DNA of 42,907 nucleotides from a bacterium (GTDB lineage: Bacteria > Zhuqueibacterota > Zhuqueibacteria > Oceanimicrobiales > Oceanimicrobiaceae). The DNA lies in NCBI GenBank assembly GCA_046757525.1, contig JBHHYI010000013.1, positions 1 through 42,907 on the forward strand. The letters run 5' to 3'. A program made the position numbers and the translations under genes. Below, piece after piece: positions 17,365 through 26,992 of this stretch (within the stretch, counting starts at the first letter, position 1; every line of letters begins with the position of its first letter). A model generated the notes under the pieces. The model had not been told where the DNA came from. It saw only the letters and a program-made list of their open reading frames with translations, and ran no database searches.

Positions 17365-19803
17365 TCACGCCTTCTTCTCCCCATTTCCCGCAGCAAATTC
17401 TTTCATCCCTTGCGCCAATTCCTGCAAGCGCAAATCTACCAAAGCATTCACCGATTTCTTGGGGTAGCTGCCATCTTTGCCTTTTTCGCCGGCAGGCACG
17501 CCGGTCAGGACTTCAATGCCCTGGTCCACGGTCTTGACCGGGTAGACGTGGAACTTGCCTTGTTTGACCGCCTCCACCACTTTGGGTTTCAACATCAAGT
17601 CCGCCACATTTTGCTGCGGAATCATGACGCCTTGCTGGCCCGTCAGCCCTTTAGCTTTGCAGACTTCGTAAAAACCCTCGATTTTCTGGTTCACTCCGCC
17701 GATCGGTTGAATCTCCCCTTTCTGATTTACAGAACCGGTCACCGCAATGTCCTGACGCAGGGGCAGCCCGGACAGTTCAGAGAGAATGGCGTAAATTTCG
17801 GTGGATGAAGCGCTGTCCCCGTCCACGCCGGAGTAGGACTGCTCAAAGGCCAGGCTGGCGCTCATGGAAAGCGGTTTGTCTTCAGCGAATTTCCCCCTGA
17901 AATAGCCACCGATGATCAGCACGCCCTTGTTGTGCGTCTTGCCGCTGAGATCGGCCTCACGCTCGATGTTGATGATGCCAGCACGCCCCATGCTCACCGC
18001 CGCGGTGATTTTGGTCGGACGTCCGAAGCTATAATCGCCTAAATCATAGACCGACAAACCGTTTACCTGCCCGGTCTTCTTCCCTTCGATTTCTATCATC
18101 AGAACGCCTTCATCGATCATTTCCTGAATCTTTTCCTCAATCATGCGCGAGCGATAATTCTTTTCTTCCACGGCCTTGTCCACGTGTTCAGCGGAAACGG
18201 TGGCGCTGCTGGCTTCCTTTGCCCAATAATCGGCTTCGCGAACCAAATCAGCCACATCACTGAAACGGGTGGAAATCTTGTTTTGCCTGCCTGCTATCCG
18301 TACGCCGTATTCAATCATTTGCGCTACACCGGTATTGGAAAACGGCAGCAAGCCTTCTTCATCGCAGATTTTTTTGACAAATTCGCCGTAGTTTCGAATG
18401 GCAGAGGTGTCGTTACGCATCACAGTATCAAAATCCGCTTTTACCTTAAAGATTTTCTTGAAGTCTTCGTCATAAAAGTACAGCAGTTGATAAACATGGG
18501 CATCGCCCACTACAACCACCTTTACGTCGACTGCCACAGCCTCTGGTTTTAGGGCAATCGTGGAATAGAGATAAAGAGGATCGTAAGCCTGAATGTCCAG
18601 TTTCCGGTTCTTCAACGTGCGCTTCAAAGCCACCCAGACCCCGGGCTCGATGAGGACATCGATCAGATTCAGCACCAGATAGCCTCCGTTGGCCTTCAAC
18701 AACGAGCCCGCCTTGATTTTGGTGAAGTCGGTGCGCCAGATGCCGTTGCGGTCCATAATCCGCTCAATGGTGCCAAACAGGTTCTTGTAGTTGGGAGCCG
18801 TCTCGATTATCACCGGCACACGCTCTAATTTAGAGTTGTCCACGATGACATTTATTTTGAACTCCTGGAAATCATCCCCAGGTGGCATGCCAATGGGCAG
18901 CAGAGGCGCCGCCTGTTTCTTCTCCTCTTTCTCTCTAAATCTCTCCAGGTTCTGCAAAATGTTGGTTTCGACTTCTTCCAAGTATTTATGCACTGAGTCC
19001 CCCGAGTACTTGACTTTCACCTCGTTGATTAAGTCCCTGACCACCGGCCGGCAGAATTGGTGCTTCAAAGTGGTCAGGGCTTTGCGAATATCCCTCTCAA
19101 TGAGGCGGCTGTCGTGAAAGGTCTTCTCTAAGGCCTCTGTCAATTCCTCGTGCTTTTTCTTCAAGGCCTCTACTTTTTCTTCGCTAATCTCCCTTTTCTC
19201 TACCCGTACCATTAGTTGGTCCCAGGACACGACTTTGTCTTCGATTACCGGCAAGATGTCTGGCCGGGAAAAAGGACCGATTTCCACCTGAACCACGGCA
19301 AACCCTTCACTTCGAATCCTTTTTTCCAGCTCTTTAAACAACGCCTTGGAGCGATTTTCCAGGTCGGCCAGAACCTCTTTGCTGCGCTTCTTGTACTCCT
19401 CGCTTTCGAAAATCTGGGGTATATTCTGTCGTAAGTAATTGATCAAGTAGTCCATATCTTTACCAAAGGTCCGTCCTTTACCAGCAGGCATCCACAAAAC
19501 CTTGGGCATGTCTGGTTGGGAAAAATTGTGCACGTAGCAAATGTCATCCGGTATTTTCCCCTTGGTGTCGATCCGTTCCAGGATGTGCTTGATGGTGGTG
19601 GTTTTGCCCGTGCCGGTGAGACCGGCGACAAAAATGTTGTAACCCGGACTTTTCACCTCCAACCCCAATTTGACGGCCCTCAGCGCCCTCTCCTGCCCGA
19701 TGATGTCCTGGCAACATTCTATGTCGTCTGTGGTGTTGAACCCAAGCGAGTCGGGATCACACTGCCAACGCAGTTTTTCGATCGGTACTTCCTGGTAGCT
19801 CAT
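17365..19803 (-). CDS. Lon-like protease (LonC / AAA family, peptidase S16)
   Basis: IIGQERA, Walker A GLTGTGKT, coiled-coil insertion, catalytic DGDSAS Ser and GGVNQK Lys. Walker B is degenerate (GGYLVLN), as in LonC. Start at 19803 or 19815. Confidence 0.92.
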   Translation of the reverse strand: MSYQEVPIEKLRWQCDPDSLGFNTTDDIECCQDIIGQERALRAVKLGLEVKSPGYNIFVAGLTGTGKTTTIKHILERIDTKGKIPDDICYVHNFSQPDMPKVLWMPAGKGRTFGKDMDYLINYLRQNIPQIFESEEYKKRSKEVLADLENRSKALFKELEKRIRSEGFAVVQVEIGPFSRPDILPVIEDKVVSWDQLMVRVEKREISEEKVEALKKKHEELTEALEKTFHDSRLIERDIRKALTTLKHQFCRPVVRDLINEVKVKYSGDSVHKYLEEVETNILQNLERFREKEEKKQAAPLLPIGMPPGDDFQEFKINVIVDNSKLERVPVIIETAPNYKNLFGTIERIMDRNGIWRTDFTKIKAGSLLKANGGYLVLNLIDVLIEPGVWVALKRTLKNRKLDIQAYDPLYLYSTIALKPEAVAVDVKVVVVGDAHVYQLLYFYDEDFKKIFKVKADFDTVMRNDTSAIRNYGEFVKKICDEEGLLPFSNTGVAQMIEYGVRIAGRQNKISTRFSDVADLVREADYWAKEASSATVSAEHVDKAVEEKNYRSRMIEEKIQEMIDEGVLMIEIEGKKTGQVNGLSVYDLGDYSFGRPTKITAAVSMGRAGIINIEREADLSGKTHNKGVLIIGGYFRGKFAEDKPLSMSASLAFEQSYSGVDGDSASSTEIYAILSELSGLPLRQDIAVTGSVNQKGEIQPIGGVNQKIEGFYEVCKAKGLTGQQGVMIPQQNVADLMLKPKVVEAVKQGKFHVYPVKTVDQGIEVLTGVPAGEKGKDGSYPKKSVNALVDLRLQELAQGMKEFAAGNGEKKA

Positions 19804-20104
19804 GGTTTTCTCCATCTAAGATTAAGATTTGCCAAAAACTATGCCAGCTAAGGTATGAAAAAGAGCGTTCAAATGCAAGGGGCTAAGAAGCTTGGAAAAT
19901 CAACCAGTTAGTAAATAGGGCTCTCCTGAAGCTGTTGGACCTTGGCCTTATTTTTTCTTAGTTTTGATAAAACCAGAAGCGAGAATTCCTGTTTTTGAGA
20001 AAACTGCGATGGGTAGGCTTCAATGGCTACTGAGCGCTAATGCAACACCAGGGTGGGGATGTTAAATAATTGGGCCGAGATAGCGACGTGAGGTCCGCCG
20101 CGTA

Positions 20105-20268
20105 GGCATGAGATTGCTTCAGAGGTACTCCCCTGGTGGAGCTCCGTGTGCGAAACACGGTTGTGCCGGTTCAGGATGCTCCCCCACAATTTCGCATTAA
20201 TCCATCCTAACCCATCGTGGCGAGGGAGCACCTGAGTGGCAATTTGGGCTCGACCAGGCTCTCATGCC
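20105..20268. ncRNA. Candidate structured non-coding element between citrate synthase and the Lon-like gene
   Basis: Nested inverted repeats: GGCATGAGA/TCTCATGCC, AGGTACTCCC/GGGAGCACCT, hairpins CCGTGT-gcgaa-ACACGG and AGGATG…CATCCT. No family recognised. Confidence 0.3.
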
Positions 20269-20283
20269 AAAGGCTGTGGTCCG

Positions 20284-21585
20284 CTACTTGATGCCAGCGA
20301 TCTTCTCCAGCATGTCCGTGGTCAGCGATTTGGGTCGTTCCAACGCCTGCCCAACGGCGCGGTCCCAGATGAGATTGCTCAACACGCCGATGGCACGGCC
20401 AACCCCAAACATCACCGTGTAAAAATCGTATTCTCTTACCCCATAATGCCATTGGATCACGCCGGAATGGGCATCCACATTGGGCCATGGATTCTTGGCT
20501 TTGCCTTGTTCAGTCAGAATCGGGGGCACGACTTCATAAAGCATGCTCACCAGCCTGAAGATCTCATCATCCGGCAGGTGTTTCAAGCAGAATTCGCGTT
20601 GCGCCATGTAGCGTGGGTCGGTTTTGCGCAGAACTGCGTGGCCATAGCCAGGAATGACCTGGCCTGCATTCAAGGTGTCCCACACGAACTCTTTCAATTG
20701 CTCCTTTGTCGGAAGTTTGTAGTTCATTTTTTCCATCACCCCTTGAATCCAGCGCAACACTTCCTGGTTGGCCAAACCGTGCAATGGCCCGGCCAAACCG
20801 TTCATGCCGGCAGAAAACGAATAATACGCGTCGGATAACGCAGACCCAACCAAATGCGTGATGTGCGCGCTCACGTTCCCGCTTTCATGATCGCTATGTA
20901 GAATGAAATACAATCGCGACAGCTCATCGTAGGGATGCTCGATGCCCATCATGTGAGCGAAATTGGCGCCAAAATCCAAATTTGGATCCGGTGGAATCAC
21001 GGAATCTTTGTATTTCATGCGGTAAATGTGAGCGGCAATCTCGGGCAACTTTGCCAACAAATTAAGCGCGTCTTCATACATGGGATCCCAATAGTCCATC
21101 TTGCTCATGCCAGCGTTGTATTTTTGCACGAATATCGATTCCCGTTGCATGGCCACCACGGCTGCTGAAAACATACTCATCGGGTGGGTGTCTTCCGGCA
21201 TATCGCTCAACACCCTGAACACATAATCCGGCACCTTGCTCCTCGATCTGAAATCGTCTACGACATCCTTGACATCCTCCTGGGTTGGGATGTCGCCGGT
21301 CAGGAGCAAATAAAAATGCCCTTCGACATAGGGCATTTCGGCGCCCTCCGGCTTGGGCAGCTCTTCCAGACATTCAGGTATGGTGTGCCCACGGAATCGA
21401 ATACCTTCTTCAGGATCTAAGTATGAAATGTCCGTGGTCAACGATTTCAGGCCACGCATGCCCCCGTACATTTGACGTATGTGCACCTGGTCGACCACAA
21501 CATCGCCATACTCTTTGACCAACCGGGTTACTCTTTCCCGGTAGGAAGGTATTTTTTCGGCCAATTTCTCTTTTAATCTCGACAT
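20284..21585 (-). CDS. gltA: Citrate (Si)-synthase, eukaryotic type
   Basis: YGGMRG, HSDHESGNVSAH, GLAGPLHGLANQE, PGYGHAVLRKTDPRY and WPNVDAHSG motifs. Confidence 0.95.
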   Translation of the reverse strand: MSRLKEKLAEKIPSYRERVTRLVKEYGDVVVDQVHIRQMYGGMRGLKSLTTDISYLDPEEGIRFRGHTIPECLEELPKPEGAEMPYVEGHFYLLLTGDIPTQEDVKDVVDDFRSRSKVPDYVFRVLSDMPEDTHPMSMFSAAVVAMQRESIFVQKYNAGMSKMDYWDPMYEDALNLLAKLPEIAAHIYRMKYKDSVIPPDPNLDFGANFAHMMGIEHPYDELSRLYFILHSDHESGNVSAHITHLVGSALSDAYYSFSAGMNGLAGPLHGLANQEVLRWIQGVMEKMNYKLPTKEQLKEFVWDTLNAGQVIPGYGHAVLRKTDPRYMAQREFCLKHLPDDEIFRLVSMLYEVVPPILTEQGKAKNPWPNVDAHSGVIQWHYGVREYDFYTVMFGVGRAIGVLSNLIWDRAVGQALERPKSLTTDMLEKIAGIK

Positions 21586-21633
21586 AGTCTTTTTCCTTTC
21601 TTGATTTTTGCTAATATTTTGAAAAACACAATA

Positions 21634-22563
21634 CTACAACCCCCTGTCGTAAGCGTCCATTCCTTTTTTCACTTCGGCCGCAGACTTGAGCAATGCCTCT
21701 TTCTCATCCGAAGTCAAATCGATCTCCACCACTCTTTCCATGCCCTTCGAACCCACAACGATGGGCACGCCGGCAAAGACGTCGTTGAGTCCATATTCGC
21801 CTTGCAGATAACCAGAACCGGGTACCAGGCTCTTCTTGTCTTTGACGATGGCTTCGACCATGTGCGTGATCGAGGCAGCCGGGGCGTAATAAGCACTGCC
21901 AGATTTGAGCAGACTGACGATTTCTCCGCCGCCTTTGCGCGTGCGAGCAACAATCTGGTCGATGGTGTCCTGATCCAACAACTGAGTAATGGGCACACCA
22001 GAGACCGTGGTGTATCTGGGCAGCGGCACCATAGAGTCGCCATGGCCGCCCATGACCATGGCCTGGGTGTCTTCCACAGACACCTTCAAGGCGTCCGCAA
22101 TGAAGTAACGGAACCTCGTGGAATCCAATACACCTGCCATGCCGAACACGCGCTGTCGCGGAAAACCCGTGACCTTCATCGCCACATAAGCCATGACATC
22201 CAACGGATTGGCTACCATAAGCAGGATACAGTTGGGCGCCAACGCTTTGATCTTCTCTGCCACGCTCTCCACGATCCTGGCATTCTTGGCCAGCAAATCC
22301 ATGCGGTCCATGCCGGGTTTCCTGGGCAAGCCTGCTGTCATGACTACGACATCCGAGCCTTCGATGGGACCGAACTCATGCGCCCCGGCTAACTTGACAT
22401 CGAAGCCCGCTACCGGACTGGCCTCACCGATGTCCAGAGCTTTGCCCTTGGGCATGTCTTCGATGATGTCGATGAGCATGACTTCGCCGCCCAGCTCCTT
22501 CTGCGCAATCATGAGCGCGGTAGTTTCACCCACATGACCGGCACCAATCACTGAAATTTTCAT
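21634..22563 (-). CDS. mdh: Malate dehydrogenase (LDH-like type)
   Basis: IGAGHVG, TAGLPRKPGMDRMDL (malate-specifying Arg), NPLD, GMAGVLDSTRF, GGHGD and GSAYYAP motifs. Confidence 0.96.
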   Translation of the reverse strand: MKISVIGAGHVGETTALMIAQKELGGEVMLIDIIEDMPKGKALDIGEASPVAGFDVKLAGAHEFGPIEGSDVVVMTAGLPRKPGMDRMDLLAKNARIVESVAEKIKALAPNCILLMVANPLDVMAYVAMKVTGFPRQRVFGMAGVLDSTRFRYFIADALKVSVEDTQAMVMGGHGDSMVPLPRYTTVSGVPITQLLDQDTIDQIVARTRKGGGEIVSLLKSGSAYYAPAASITHMVEAIVKDKKSLVPGSGYLQGEYGLNDVFAGVPIVVGSKGMERVVEIDLTSDEKEALLKSAAEVKKGMDAYDRGL

Positions 22564-22703
22564 CTTAGTTACCTCCTTTGAAATCTTTGAAGCTTGTCGG
22601 GTTAAAACGGATCAATTGCTTTAACCACGAGCCTCGATTCGGTTGCCTTGTTTTAGTGATTTCTAAAACGACGTTCTCACCCCGTAGAACCCGATCCTAA
22701 AGC

Positions 22704-22718
22704 ACAAAAAACATGCCA
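22704..22718 (-). promoter_or_regulatory. Possible sigma-54 promoter upstream of mdh-gltA
   Basis: TGGCATGTTTTTTGT, -24/-12-like with GT at -12. Confidence 0.4.
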
Positions 22719-23040
22719 TGCATTTTGCAAAACTTCCCATGCTTTACAAACAATGTATTTATAAGAAAATACAGCACTTGCACTACCTCTCCCGATCCCG
22801 CCTTTGGAATGTGGCGCGCTCGTTTTCTCAGATTCGGTAAATTGAAAATCCTTCATTCTTACTTTTAGGAATTGCCTCATGATCGACACAAGTGTCTGGT
22901 GCACAGGCACAGGGTCTCCGGCGCGGACGGCTAATTGGGAAAACGTTTTCTGATCGGAGTCCTCTTGAAGCCTGACCGGTTCAAGTGGAAAATGGGTCTT
23001 ATGGTGTCCGCCTACTCTGCTCTGCCGTAGTCTTGGGGAG

Positions 23041-23203
23041 CTTAGCGGTTCTAAGAAATCTGAACCGCAATGGGCGCAAAGACATCGCAAGAGAAGCCAA
23101 TGCCCGAAGGTTTTGCCCCCCTTGCGCGCTTGGCGCAACCTTAGCGTACTTTGCGGTTTTGAAAAAACTAACCGCGCGAAAACTTTGTGTCCCTTGCGGT
23201 TTG
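23041..23203. repeat. Degenerate AACCGCAA…/…TTGCGGTT palindromic repeats (REP-like)
   Basis: AACCGCAATGGGCGCAAAG at 23063 versus CTTAGCGTACTTTGCGGTT (~23140-23158) and CTTTGTGTCCCTTGCGGTT (~23183-23201). Confidence 0.55.
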
Positions 23204-23278
23204 AAAATACGCGTACCAACCGCTGAAAAGCCTCACTCAACAACCTTGGCTCAAATCGTACTAACTCGAATCCCGGCT

Positions 23279-23680
23279 TTAGATCGATCCCTTGTGGTGA
23301 TGGACCCTGGAAAAATGCTCATGCACCACCCGCCACTGGTTGTTTTTCTTGTGAAACACGTGGGTTCCCCGGCCAGGGATTTCATGTACGCGATCCCCAT
23401 CCCGCAGGACAACCACCCACTGAAAACTGGCCACTACAACCTCGCCAAAATTCTGCAAGAAAATGTTGGAGATGGAATACTCCACCGTCTCCCCTTCTTG
23501 CAGGTAATATTCAAAGGTCTTTTTGAGGTCGTTCAGACCCTGAATTCTCACGTGTGTCGTAGAAGAAAAACCCACCAGGTCTGGTTCGAAAAACTCGAGC
23601 ACCTTCTCCAAGTCTTTGCGATTAAACGCCGCGGCCATCTCCTTTTCAATTCTGGTAATCTCTTTTTCTAATTCGCTCAT
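23279..23680 (-). CDS. NTF2/SnoaL-like (DUF4440-type) protein
   Basis: AAFNRKD…, GRGTHVF…WRVVHEHFS C-terminal signature. GGGAGG RBS before 23680. Confidence 0.85.
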   Translation of the reverse strand: MSELEKEITRIEKEMAAAFNRKDLEKVLEFFEPDLVGFSSTTHVRIQGLNDLKKTFEYYLQEGETVEYSISNIFLQNFGEVVVASFQWVVVLRDGDRVHEIPGRGTHVFHKKNNQWRVVHEHFSRVHHHKGSI

Positions 23681-23743
23681 GATTGATTCCTCCCACTGTA
23701 AACGCAAGTTTCGCCAGGTTTGATGAGAAATCACCAGCCACGC

Positions 23744-24829
23744 CTACCGAAACATGGCTTCAAGGCTTCTGTCCATGAATTTGCCTTTGAATAAATAGAC
23801 GCCCTTCTTGAGCGCGATGTCGAATTCCAGCGTCTTTTTGATCCCAAGTTCAGCCGTTTCCATGACGTAGGGAAAGACCACGTTGCTCAACGCATGCGAC
23901 GACGTTCTCGGAACCGCAGACGGAATATTGGGCACGCAATAGTGAATCACCCCCTGGTCGACAAAGACCGGATCCGAGTGTGTAGTCGGTCTCGAGGTTT
24001 CAATGCAGCCACCCTGATCGATGGAGAGGTCCATGATGAGGGTGCCCTTGCGCATTTCTTGCAGCATCTTTCGAGTAAACAATCGCGGTGGCTTCTCACC
24101 CCGGATGAACACCGCTCCGATGAACACATCCGCGAAGCGCAGCGACTTTTCCAGGTTGTAAGGCGTAGCTAAAGCCGTCACGGCCCGCTTGTTGGTCATT
24201 TCATCCACTTTGCGCAAGCGGGCCAAATCGCGGTCGAGAACCATCACCTGGGCGCCCAAACCCAGAAACGCCTGGATGGCGCTGATCCCCACGTGTCCCG
24301 CGCCAAGAATAACCACGGAGGCGGAAGGAATGCCCGGTTGGGCACTGAGGAGAACGCCGCGGCCACCCTTCTGCAGCTCAAGGTAATGGCCGGCGATTTG
24401 TGGCAGCATGGCCCCGGCAATGCCCCCCATGGCATCCAAAACCGAGTGCTCGGACTCCTCATTCTTCATGTATTCGTAGCCGATGGCTGTGACTTTCTTG
24501 TCTAACAGTGCCGCAATACTCTTGGAGGTACGCATGCCCAAATGAATGAATGAAAACAGCGTCTGCTCTTTCACCATCATTTCTGTTTCCGAGGCGTCAG
24601 GCGGCTCTACCTTGATGATGGTATCGGCACGACCGAAAACTTCTTCGTGAGAGTAAACAATTTCACCACCCACTTTCTGGTAATCCTGGTCCGAAAAGCC
24701 ACTGCTGGCGCCACAATCCTTTTCCAAATAAACCTGGTGTCCTTCCTGCGTCAGTTCATAGACACCAGCGGGGGTAACCGCCACGCGATTTTCTTCGATG
24801 GAAATCTCGCGGGGAATGCCAATGTTCAT
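23744..24829 (-). CDS. ald: Alanine dehydrogenase (AlaDH/PNT family)
   Basis: IGIPRE…ENRVAVTP, GGRGVLL, ILGAGHVG, IDQGGCIETSRPTTH and HYCVPNIP motifs. Confidence 0.88.
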   Translation of the reverse strand: MNIGIPREISIEENRVAVTPAGVYELTQEGHQVYLEKDCGASSGFSDQDYQKVGGEIVYSHEEVFGRADTIIKVEPPDASETEMMVKEQTLFSFIHLGMRTSKSIAALLDKKVTAIGYEYMKNEESEHSVLDAMGGIAGAMLPQIAGHYLELQKGGRGVLLSAQPGIPSASVVILGAGHVGISAIQAFLGLGAQVMVLDRDLARLRKVDEMTNKRAVTALATPYNLEKSLRFADVFIGAVFIRGEKPPRLFTRKMLQEMRKGTLIMDLSIDQGGCIETSRPTTHSDPVFVDQGVIHYCVPNIPSAVPRTSSHALSNVVFPYVMETAELGIKKTLEFDIALKKGVYLFKGKFMDRSLEAMFR

Positions 24830-24997
24830 CGTCTTATTCTCCAAAATTAAACATGAAAAACTCTAATGGATTAGATCAACTTCAAGTACCTGGCCAATTT
24901 TTCAGCTCCCTTCTATTTCCAGAGACGCACCAGCCTCCCTCCTTCGTGAAAGCTCCTGACCGCACAACCGCAGTTCCGGTCGAAATTGAGCGTTGTG

Positions 24998-25447
24998 CTA
25001 CAACTCTATGATCTGATCAATCAGAGAAATATAGTTTTCAGAAGCATAGGGCTTGAAGCTAAACGAAACCTGAACCCACTCATACCCTGCCATGTTAAAT
25101 GAAAAGACTTCTTTCATTTCGCAGGTGCAATGTGCTGCGACGGAAGAAGTGTCTTCAAGCAGAATGGTGATCGCATTCTCAGAAACATTGACGCTATCTC
25201 TGCATTGTGCCGAACAGAGCGTTCTAAACTCAAAATCCAATTGAAGAATGCCATTTTCATAATGCCAGTCTAAGCTTGCATTGTCGCCAGTATCAGACAA
25301 TGCTGCGGCAGTGACACATCCTACCTGGTTGGAAGAAATGAGTTCAATAGATCCCGAAGATTCGGACGAAGATTGTTCGGTACAGTTGCTGGTCAACAAG
25401 ACTGAGAGGACTAAGGAGATCGTTATGAACACTGCAATGCTTTTCAT
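24998..25447 (-). CDS. Hypothetical exported protein / lipoprotein
   Basis: GGAGG RBS, signal peptide ending LTSNC and a Cys pattern C…C…CxC. Confidence 0.7.
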   Translation of the reverse strand: MKSIAVFITISLVLSVLLTSNCTEQSSSESSGSIELISSNQVGCVTAAALSDTGDNASLDWHYENGILQLDFEFRTLCSAQCRDSVNVSENAITILLEDTSSVAAHCTCEMKEVFSFNMAGYEWVQVSFSFKPYASENYISLIDQIIEL

Positions 25448-25514
25448 CGAAAGCCTCCAACATTTGTATGAAAAACCTAATGTTCGCAGACGTTGCATGT
25501 CAATAGATCTCAGG

Positions 25515-25916
25515 TTAATGCTCTGCTTTGGTTTTTCTCGACTCGAAAATTTTCACGATCACATAAGCAATTAGCGCGAAAACAAAGAAAACCAACAGCA
25601 GCCAGGCAACGCCTTGCAGGGTTCCGATGATGGTTCGATAGACTTCAAGAACCCACCTTTCAGTCGTCAGTGCAACGACTTTCGCATCTTTCTGCTGTGG
25701 AGAGGTGATGTACTTTTCGAGTTGCCAGATGCGAACGCCGCTGGAGATTCCAACGACCACAATGGCGAATTTAAGATACTTCAGCCAGGCCTCGCTGATG
25801 GTTTCCGAAATAATTCTTTTTAAAATGCTGTTAAGCGGCGCATTGAACACCCGCACCACCACAAATGACACTGCCAGTGCTATCACAAAGGTTACCACGA
25901 GTAATGTAATGAACAT
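25515..25916 (-). CDS. Hypothetical membrane protein (3 TM)
   Basis: AAAGGAG RBS and three hydrophobic segments. Confidence 0.8.
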   Translation of the reverse strand: MFITLLVVTFVIALAVSFVVVRVFNAPLNSILKRIISETISEAWLKYLKFAIVVVGISSGVRIWQLEKYITSPQQKDAKVVALTTERWVLEVYRTIIGTLQGVAWLLLVFFVFALIAYVIVKIFESRKTKAEH

Positions 25917-26031
25917 TTGATTGTCTCCTTTCACCAGACTTCGGTTTAAGCCGCTGCCCGAATAGGTGCCTCCTGAAGCCGGTTATTTGAGGCCTCGGGT
26001 TGACTCCCACACGGTGTCGAGTTCCGAGGCC

Positions 26032-26811
26032 TTATTTGAGGTCGTAACTTTCCAACTGCACGGAAGCATTTGTCTTGACAGTTATGGTTCTGTCGAGTAC
26101 GTTGCCTTCGGCGTCTATTGCCTGCATAACAAAAGTTTCGTCGTCTTCCACTTCGACGACGCCTACCGAAGTAAACCATTGTTTCGTAATAACCTGAATA
26201 TCCGGTGCAGTGATCTCTCTGACAACACGAAAGGCTTGGAACTCCCCCGCAGTCGTATTGATTTTGTCGATTGCTGCAACGGTTTTTGTGTCTGCAGGGA
26301 ACAGGCCCCTGGTAAAATCCCATGAGTTGCCGACCTCCAAAGGAAAAACCAGGACATTCACGTTCCAAGGGTCTTGAGTAGTCTCTGCTTCATGGCTTGA
26401 CTTAAAAAGTTGTGCAACCAGAGGATCGAACTCGCCAATGTTCTCCGACGCAACAGCTTTAAGCGTGTCACCCTTCATGGCAAACCAGGTTTGCCCGCTT
26501 ACAGTCTTCCCACTATCGGGTCCGCTTAGAAATCTGTAGGTGGTATTAATTCGAAACGCCATGACTCCTAAGACTTCTTCTTGAGCCTCTATCTCCCAAA
26601 CAACTCGGGTCTTCCACTGTTCATGAATGTCAACTTGCTGGTCACTGAGAACGGTCCTTTCAGCCGACACAGCATAAGTCCACTGATTGCCAACTTTCAA
26701 AGGAAACCTTGATTTGTTTAATCTTTCAGGACCAGTGACGCTGTCCGAGCAACCAAACAACCAACAGGTGCAACCAATCAGCCCCAATAGGACTGTCAGT
26801 GCACGCAACAT
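26032..26811 (-). CDS. Hypothetical beta-rich lipoprotein
   Basis: AAGGAGG RBS, lipobox LFGC, duplicated FPL(K/E)VGN(Q/S)W motif and a TTAGEF…WFTSVGVV pattern. Confidence 0.78.
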   Translation of the reverse strand: MLRALTVLLGLIGCTCWLFGCSDSVTGPERLNKSRFPLKVGNQWTYAVSAERTVLSDQQVDIHEQWKTRVVWEIEAQEEVLGVMAFRINTTYRFLSGPDSGKTVSGQTWFAMKGDTLKAVASENIGEFDPLVAQLFKSSHEAETTQDPWNVNVLVFPLEVGNSWDFTRGLFPADTKTVAAIDKINTTAGEFQAFRVVREITAPDIQVITKQWFTSVGVVEVEDDETFVMQAIDAEGNVLDRTITVKTNASVQLESYDLK

Positions 26812-26992
26812 TTTTGATTCCTCCTTAATAAAGTCTAAAGCCAGCCGGGTTGGCCAGGCCCCGGCCAATCCTCTCTTTAACGTCCCCAAAAGCCGTGCCC
26901 ACGTGCTTCGCCAAACCCTCTGCTTTTGTCAACGGCAATCCCTTCTGTCGATTTCGGGCGGTCACATTTCACTCAGTTCCTTGACCGCTGCT

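Noticed and set aside
22677..23671. ORFs 22677-23243 (-) and 22985-23671 (+)
   Set aside because: They run through repeat and promoter DNA or antisense to the NTF2 gene, and have no recognisable motifs.
24960..25515. Integron attC sites around the short hypothetical genes
   Set aside because: GCACAAC…GTTGTGC spans only ~37 bp, the 25450-25515 gap lacks matching R''/R' and L boxes, and there is no integrase.
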